Assembly (NCBI GenBank): GCA_964016885.1 | Contig: OZ024740.1 | Coordinates: forward strand, 313,348,001-313,412,000 | Source: Eledone cirrhosa | Taxonomy: Eukaryota | Length of the DNA: 64,000 bases | Direction: 5' to 3' | Shown here: piece by piece, positions 54,496-64,000 of the stretch | Position numbering within the stretch: position 1 is the stretch's first letter | How the letters are laid out: each line of letters starts with the position of its first letter | Notes under the pieces: generated by a model | Databases searched by the model: none | What the model was told of the DNA's origin: nothing | What the model saw: the letters and a program-made list of their open reading frames with translations, nothing else | Program-made: the position numbers and the translations under genes

Positions 54496-56323
54496 ATGGC
54501 GGAAAAGATGGCAGACATGTCTGCCATTAGCTCTGCCACGCCCCCCAAGTCTGAAGAACAAAAAATAATTACAACAAAATTAGACAAAGAAACAAACAAA
54601 GAAAATGAAAAAACAAATGTTAAAATGTTAAGGAAAATGAGCAAACGGAAAACAAACAAACAGAAAATAATACAAATAACAACAGGGCAACTTTCGCCCA
54701 GAAAACAAAACAATCCATTACATACACACCAATTGACCTAACGGCCGCCAGAGAAAAACTGGCCGAAGCAAAGAAACACATTGTTTTGGGGGAAAATGGA
54801 ATGTTTTCCATTAACTCCCCCCCAGAATTCAAGAAAACGAGAACAGAGAACACAGTTCTCTTCAGAACAATCCTAAACGAAACAAGAAAGCCAGCACAGC
54901 CCAGCCAAATGGAGATAGAGTTGGTCCTAAAAGACTATATGAAGAATATTCTCTTCATACGAAAGGACCGACTCTATGGCAGCATTTCGGTCTTAACAAA
55001 AGACAAGGAAACGGCGGAGAAGCTTTCCATAAGCCCACTCTCATCGACAACATACAGCTTCTATCCCTCCTACATGGGTAGAAGAACACAGAGAGTAAAA
55101 ATACAAACAATGCTGCCCACAATGGACTTCTGGTGGGCTATTGCTGGCTTCATAGACATGGGCGAGGACACAGTGCTGTCAATGGGGAAGGCATCCGGAG
55201 ATGCGTTTCTGGGAATGGGCCTCGACCTACTAGTCCAAATGAGGCCCGAAAGTATAGCACAAATCCCGGATCGCATCTGGCTGGATGAGCTCACCCCAAT
55301 AGATATAATTGTAGAGGGGAGAAGACCAGCATGCTATTTATGCATGGAAAGGGGACACATTAAGGCTAACTGCCCGAAACGTGTCCCCCAAAAAGGACTA
55401 TTGCCCACACCCACCACAAACAGTACACCAACACCACCCACCTCCAAAAATACACTAATACCACACACAGCAAACAAAATACAAACACCACCAAGCACAT
55501 CACCACCACCAGCAGCAAACACAAGCTCGACACAAAAATCACCACCACCATCACCAACACAAACACCATCACCACCATTACCAACCACAAGCACGACACA
55601 AACATTACCACCACCACCACCACAAAACGCATTCCAAACAAATAATAAAAAAAACAGCAACAAATCTACCCCTCCCGCAAAAAAAAAAACCAGACACGAC
55701 GTCCCTCCCACCTAGCGCTGAAGAGTTTCCCCCAACTTCTGAAGAAGAAGGAGGAGAAGCCTTCAGACAAGTTAAAAGAAAAAAAAGAAAACACACACCC
55801 AGCACACCACAAATAACCCACACACAAACACCAACTCCAATAAAAAACACCCCACCCTCAACAAACAAAAATAAATCTGCGCCTCCACTCTCCGAAACAT
55901 TGACAGCATCACAAAAAAAGACATTGCAATACACATATATAAATAAAGAAAACAAAAAACTGTTTAAATTAATAAACAATAGCCCTTTGGTGCAGACCGA
56001 AGGGCCAAACTTTATCTCAACAGAGAACTTCACCCATTTAAAAATGATAAAGGTCCCTCTGGACCTTTATCGTTCCTTAAAAGAACAATTTAGACAGGAC
56101 GTGAGCCCCCCCCTGTTTAAAACCGTTAAATCGCGTCCTCTTGAAATATTTCCCCATAACCTCCCCTCACCCCGACACAACTCCAAACACCCCAACCCAA
56201 CCACACTCGGGCACCCCCACACCACCACAAAACATCCCTCCACCCAACACACCTGACGCCATGGAAATTACACAACCCGGAGAGGTAAGTGCTTTTCTTT
56301 CTTCACTTTCAACACCAAAATAG
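54496..56323 (+). pseudogene. ORF1 gag-like, with several frameshifts (8-nt duplication ~54616-54631, A-run ~55680, C-run ~56106)
   Basis: CYLCMERGHIKANC; same stop context (STPK*) as copy 1. Confidence 0.85.
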
Positions 56324-56328
56324 ATCAA

Positions 56329-59300
56329 TTAAGAGTTGGCTGTTTGAACGCGCGTGGCCTGGGCTCAGCTTGGAAGCAAGCAAAGCTACTAAGTGACCTC
56401 AGGTCACGAAGTATAGATGTGATGGTTGTTTGCGAGAGTCGGATCAGCAGCGTGCGACAGCTGGCTCCCGCCTTCGATGACTTTGAGATGCACGCATCTC
56501 TCTGTCAACCCGGAGGCGGGGGGGGGGGGGGGGGAGTTGCCGTACTGCTGGATAAACGTCTGGCTCTCGACGTACAGATTGTTCACTCGGACCCGGGGGG
56601 TCGAATACTGGTGCTGGACGTCGGAGGCGGTGAAGGCGGGGCTTTCAGACTGGTCGGTCTTTATGCCCCCTTCGGGGCTGAAAGAGCCGACTTCTTCCAG
56701 CGTCTGGAGACTTTTCTAGGAACGTCGCGTTCCCTGCTTTTAGTGGGGGACTGGAATGGAATCCTAGATGCGCGTTGGGACTATGCAGGGGCATGTCCCG
56801 ATAGAGGGGGGGTGTAGCAGCCTCAAGGGGTTACTCGATCGATTCGACCTGGTCGATAGATTTCGACTAGATTGTCCAACTGCGCCAACCTGGACCTGGG
56901 CAAACCGCAGTGGACAATCTAGATCGTACCTAGATAGGTTTTTGGTTAGGAGTAAGGATAGGGACGTATTTAGTTGTCCAGAATTGATCATGGTTGGCTA
57001 TTCAGATCACAAATTAGTGACCTGCGTGGTCAACCTTGATAGAACGCATAGACAGGGTCCCGGTTACTGGAAGATGAACTTGTCCTTGCCGGCAAAGAAA
57101 GATTACAGGAACCGGATTAGTAGCTTAGTTAAGATGCGGTTGACGGGAGCGATTGTCAACAGTAGGTGGTGGGTATCTCTAAAGAGAGAGATTAGAGTAA
57201 GTTCGATAGGTTACAGTAAGGAACTAGCGGCGAATAGAAATAGGAAGGAAAGGGAGTTAACAGATAAACTAGAAGAGGCGATTAGGAGCGGAGACGTAGC
57301 CAGAGTGTTAGCGGCTAGAACGGCGTTGAGCCAGTTCTTTGACGCGAAGCACGAAGGCTGCGTTGTCCGAAGTAAAATACGTGCTTTAGGAAACGAGGGG
57401 ACCAAAGCTGTTAGCTGGGCCCGCGTGACAGAAGCCAAGAGTGGGATTAAATCCACCATTCGGTCTTTGCGAGACCAGGATGGACGGGTGATCCTTGAAC
57501 CTGAGCGGATGTGCGAGGCCTTTCAAAGGCACTTTGCTCGACTGTTCGGAGGGGGCGGGGGGCCGGACGGGGATGTGGACTTCGGTCCATACCTCGACGG
57601 TCTACCGCGTCTTTCGAGCGGCGAAGCGGAGTGCTGCGAAAGGCCAATCACAGCCACTGAAATCGGGGAAGCGCTCAGCCAATGCAGCAGACGCAAATCT
57701 CCGGGTCTCGATGGTCTACCATACGAACTTTATTTAGCTATGCCGGTCTTGTTCTCCGAACTCCTCGAGGCTGTCTATTGCAACTGGCAACAGAACGGGA
57801 GAATTCCCTGTTCTGTGACCAAGGGCGTGGTCACGCTAGTGAGGAAGGACGAGAGCAAGGGGGACGACTTAAGTAACTTTAGGCCCATAACTCTGCTGAA
57901 TGCAGAGTTACAGATTTTGGCCAGGGTGTTGGCGAAGAGGTTGGCGCTTGTGGTGGGTGGTTTGGTGGGAGACGCGCAGACATGCGCTATCCCGTCCAGG
58001 TCCATTCACGACAACCTCCACCTCATGCGATACATCATAGAGAGGGTTGGCAACGAACCTGGCTTTGGTGGGGCCCTGATCAACTTGGATCAATCTAAGG
58101 CGTTCGATAGGGTCGACCATGGTTACCTGGAAGCGGTGCTAGCGGCGGCGGGCTTCGGACCCGTTTTCAGGGGCTGGATTTCTGCCATGCACAGTGGCAA
58201 CATCTACTCTAGGATTAAAGTAAACGGCTACCTCTCGGAGCCGTTTCAAATCACCCGGTCCATCAGACAGGGGTGCCCCCTCTCCTCCCTTCTGTACGTA
58301 TTGACTCTCGAGCCACTGCTGCGGAAGTTGGAGTTGCTGCGGGGCATACCCCTGGAACCGGGATTGCACAAAGCGGTCTCGGCCTATGCCGACGACGTAA
58401 CAGTAATGGTGGCGGACGCCTCGGAAATCGGGGCGATCGCCACCCTACTGGAGGAATACGAAAGGCTGACGGGGGCTAGGCTGAACCGGGACAAGTCAGT
58501 CGGTTTGCAACTCGGAACGTGGAGGGGCAAACCGATGCCGTTAGACGGTGTCGTCGGGCGGTGGACGGAGGGCCCGGTGAAGCTGCTCGGGGTCTGGTTC
58601 GGACCGGACCTCCAGGTGGAGAAGAATTGGGGCGAGGTGACGAGTAGGGTGTTTGCGCTGACCCAGAAGTGGGCCAAGTGCAAACTATCACTGAAAGGTC
58701 GGGCGGAGGTGACGAACGCTTACATAGCGTCCGTCATCTGCTACCGCCTGACCGTCGTGCCTTGCCCCAAGGAAAAGATCACCATCATGGAACGCATGCT
58801 CTTCCAGTTCCTCTGGAAGAAGCGGCCTCCCATGGTGAGGAGATCCATCTGCTGCCAGCACCCTTCGAAAGGAGGGCTGGGTATGCCGTGGCTGTTGATG
58901 CGTAGGCACGCATTGAGGCTACGGCATCTACAGGTATTCCTCACCGGTCAGCCGGTGTGGGCCCCGTTTGTGAGGCGAGCCTTCCCACAGCTCGTCTCGC
59001 TCACCGAGCTGCAATCCTGGGTGAAGCAAAGACCGAGAAAACTGGGCAACTGGCACACCAAGTGTGCCCAGGCGCTCACGGCTATCTGGCAAGCGGACCC
59101 GACTGTCAGTGGAGAATCCACCTCGACATTCTATAGAGGGCTGGTGGCTAGCAGGGGCGACGACACCCTTGGAGAGTCGCTAGGCATGGAGGAGGACGAA
59201 CTGGCCAGCCTGTTCGGTAGAACTTTCGGCCCGGGACCCATGGACAACTTCCAGAGGTCCCTAGCCTGGCAGTGTTACCGGGGGGCTCTGCCCGTTCGAG

Positions 59301-59767
59301 AAAAGCTCTACAGACACGGGTGCCCGGGCAGGGATCCAGCGAAAAAGATCTGTCCCAGATGCGTGCGCGACGAGGAAACCGTTGCGCATGCACTGGTACA
59401 CTGCCCGGGCGTTGCCGATCTGTGGGGCTACGTCGAACGACTGCTGTCGCGTGTGGCGCCGATTCGATTAACCGCCGAGTCTGTGGTGAACATCAAGCCG
59501 CCTCCTCCCTTTAGAAACGAAGCAGAAGCGGTCTTTCTGTGCGTAATAGCCATGATGAAAGAGGTTGTGTGGTGGACGCGCCTGAAAGGTCTGAGGTCGG
59601 GTGACTTTCTCTCCGGCCATCACCTGGTTTATTTCTTCCGATACCACTTCGGAAGAAGGATCAGGATGGAGAGAGAAGTGCTTGGCCCCAGACAGTTTTA
59701 TGAAAGGTGGGTGAAAGAAGCGAGAATGGCTCGTGTAAATGGGCCTTCTCTCTACATTGTTCTGTAG
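56329..59767 (+). CDS. ORF2 APE-RT-zinc finger; single frameshift in the G-run ~56806-56812
   Basis: Same motifs as copy 1. The run has 7 G here and 6 G in copy 1. Confidence 0.92.
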
Positions 59768-59996
59768 GTGAAGAAGTGAAGAGGAAAGGGGGAGCGCCTC
59801 CTCTCTGGGCTTCCCCTGCGAAAAGGGTTGCACACTTTTCGGGGGTATGTGCAATCCCGAACACGCCCCCTCCCTTTTGAGGACTTTTTATTATTATATT
59901 ATTATTGTTATTCCTTTTTCTTTACTCGATTTATGTAAACTCCCCACTGTGTATTTGTCCCCTTCTTTTGTGCCCTCGTGGCAAATAAACAGAAAT

Positions 59997-61345
<1,349 letters not shown>

Positions 61346-61524
61346 TATTACACAAAGAGAAGTGTGTTACACAGTGAGATGTGTGTAAAGAATTATTACA
61401 AGTGAGTTTTACCGTTACTGTATAGAGAACAATATCTACAGGTTTAGCAATTAAATAGAATAAAACTAAGTCAGAATCAAATCTCTGAATTAGAGTTTTA
61501 AATTACCAACCTTATTACTATAAG

Positions 61525-61601
61525 TTTGATGATACGAATCTCGCTTCGTTTCACCACCAATATGTGTAGTATAACAGGTCACAGGATCCTCAGTCAGCAA
61601 A
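61525..61601 (-). ncRNA. Type I hammerhead ribozyme, left arm, one stem I mismatch
   Basis: TTTGCTGA-CTGAGGA-...-GAAA-CGAA-GCGAGA-TTCG-TA-TCATCAAA. Confidence 0.72.
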
Positions 61602-61847
61602 TGTGGACACTGTTCACGACACATCTAACCTCATGGATAGAGAGAAAGCTAATATACGAGCTTAACGAGCTCTAAATTGTTGAGCTAATAAATTCGAATG
61701 GTTGGGCTGCCCTCTCTAGCATTTTCCCCAATCCATGAGAGCTGTTATTTGATGCAAATAACACGTGATTTCGCCCTACTCTGGGCAGCGTGTATATTAG
61801 CTTTCTCTCTATCCATGAGGTTAGATGTGTCGAGAACAGTTTCCACA

Positions 61848-61924
61848 TTTGCTGACTGAGGATCCTGTGACCTGTTATACTACACATTTCTGTGGTGAAA
61901 CGAAGCGAGATTCGTATCAGCAAA
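61848..61924 (+). ncRNA. Complete type I hammerhead ribozyme, right arm
   Basis: TTTGCTGA-CTGAGGA-T.CC.TGTG..CACA..GG.T-GAAA-CGAA-GCGAGA-TTCG-TA-TCAGCAAA: 8-bp stem I and full stem III. Confidence 0.82.
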
Positions 61925-62731
61925 CTTATAGTTATAAGGTTGGTAATTTAAAACTCTAATTCAGAGATTTGATTCTGACTTAGTTTTTTTCTATTTAATT
62001 GCTAAACCTGTAGATATTGTTCTCTATACAGTAACGGTAAAACTCACTTGTAATAATTCTTTACACACATCTCACTGTGTAACACACTTCTCTTTGTGTA
62101 ATATATTTGTATTTGAGCTCAGAAGGAAATTCTCTATTCTTCTTTGAGCTAATACTATTATTATTATTACAGTGAACTGTGGAATACTCTTAATTCCGAT
62201 CTTTGTATATATATATATATATATATATACTACGGCCTCGATATAAATACCCCCTCCGCCTCCGTGGTATTTTCTTCGGGGTTATAAGAGGCTTAGCTCT
62301 GTTTCTCGACCGTTATATCGCGTGACTATCTCCCCCTCCGCCTTTTGGGATTCTTTCTCACGTCGTGTAGACGCGTTCTTGAGACTAGTAAAATGAGGTA
62401 TCCTCTTGATAAGTCGGCAGACCTCGCAAGGACTCTATATCTTTATGATATATTGTTTTTGTTTATGCCACGAAACTACGTAGTCGAGGAATTTAGGAGC
62501 AGTTTAGGTATGATACATTTTATTACTAATTATATCTAAATGTTTCTTCTCTCCTCATAATGTATTTTTAACTCTGATACTGGTTCAGTCTAGTTCAACT
62601 GAATTGGTCTGTCCCAGTCATTCATTGAGCAACATCGGTGAAGTTGGCACCCTTAACTCACAGTTGGGTGCGGATGCATTCATGTATATATGTGTGTGTC
62701 CGCATGTATCTGTGTGTTTCTAAATATATTG

Positions 62732-62760
<29 letters not shown>

Positions 62761-62765
<5 letters not shown>

Positions 62766-62962
62766 GTGTCGGCTGAAAAATTCATAGGCTGACGAGGTTA
62801 CTCTCATGAAATGACTAAATGAGGTTTATTTTTCAACATAGTCCCTGGGAAGAAACAATGCAGTTATTAATAAGAAGGGTTTAAATTAATACATGCAAGA
62901 TTTCCCAGCTCTAGCATCACTCCTTCATAGTCACCCTTTAAACTTTTCAGCCGACATTTGTA
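62761..62962. mobile_element. Complete ~200-bp mariner-like MITE
   Basis: Imperfect TIRs TAcacgtgtcggctgaaaa / ttttcagccgacatttgTA, with TA flanks. Confidence 0.75.
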
Positions 62963-64000
62963 TATGCACACACGTATGTGTGAGTGATGTTAAAGATTGG
63001 AACGTTGGCAACTAATAAGATTAGAATTTGACAGTTAAGATATATGTGATAATAATGACGTCTTAACCATTAGGTATTGTATGACTAAATGTTTTGTAAG
63101 ATTGGATAATAAGTCAACTTTTAGTTTAGCAGCCCTGAAACAAAATATCAACAAAAAAACCCCATTGAATTGTCTCCGACAGACAATTTACGATACGTTG
63201 GAATTAATTCTGACTTAACCGGAGACAGATATCTAAAGTTGATTGCATTTCAATGCAATTGTACTAGTTCCTGTTCTGTTTTCCTCCATTTGACAACTTA
63301 GTTAAGTTCCGATTGTCATAATTTGCCTCAGTTTGAATTCCATCAACCCATTTTATTCTCTGACCCAGCAAACATTTCAAACTTTCAATGCGTAAATTTT
63401 GAGAATAAAATTTCCTCAGATTTGCCAAATTTGAAACAATATCTCAATATAGGATGGTTGAAATCTTGTAATTTGTCCTCCACGTAGGGCTCTCGTAATA
63501 TATATATATAGCCCCAGGAATATGACTCCTCTTCTTCTATTCTGGTCATAGGATTATTAATTATAAGTCACTGATGTTACTTATTTGAATATATAAAAGA
63601 AAGAAATGACATGGTATTCTTTTTTTTTTTTCAAGAACATTTGTGATTTAAGTAAAATTTTGTTATTTATTCCGGAAAAAAGTGACCGTTGTCTTTGAAG
63701 ACCCTCTTTAATGGTTGATGTCCAGCTTGAACGTCTCCAGGTTGGTAGCTTTAAGCAAAATACGGGCCAAGGAGAAGTTTCAAAGGGAACCAGTTTTTAA
63801 CAGGAAGGATTGATCGAGGAGTTTAATACGGGTTTCAAGATTGGTAAACGGTGGAGAGAGATAGATAGAGATAGATAAATAGATAGAGAGGGAGAGTGAG
63901 AGAGATGAGTCGGTTTAGCTTAGATGCAGGGTAGCACATATCTAGTCAACTCAGAGAAATCCGAATCTTTATGAGTGATAAAGGAGGCTCAGCATCAACG

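Overview
Eukaryotic, AT-rich, microsatellite-dense DNA with no confidently supported host protein gene. The SINE family and repeat landscape suggest an octopus or other coleoid cephalopod (inference). Most of the readable content is mobile DNA. It includes the 5' half of an RTE-clade LINE (1-2350, minus) and a near-intact Penelope-like element (PLE) of probable Naiad type (5581-10467, minus). There are three Tx1/L1-clade LINEs, all abutting (TATC)n: one 5'-truncated and two full-length. Also present are a decayed second PLE (51485-54022), a CRE-clade 3' end, a hATm-like transposase remnant, mariner-like MITEs, Helitron-like ends, tRNA-derived SINEs and a 2.7 kb 26-bp minisatellite. The main unannotated signal is about 13 type I hammerhead ribozyme motifs from about 10 unrelated sequence families. 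They sit in short islands next to (TA)n, several with Penelope-style direct or inverted terminal repeats. Most share an unusual mismatched first pair of stem II, several have long structured stem II inserts, and one family has a U3-A8 core. All folds were read by eye and none has been tested. Most short ORFs in the ORF track are microsatellite translations.
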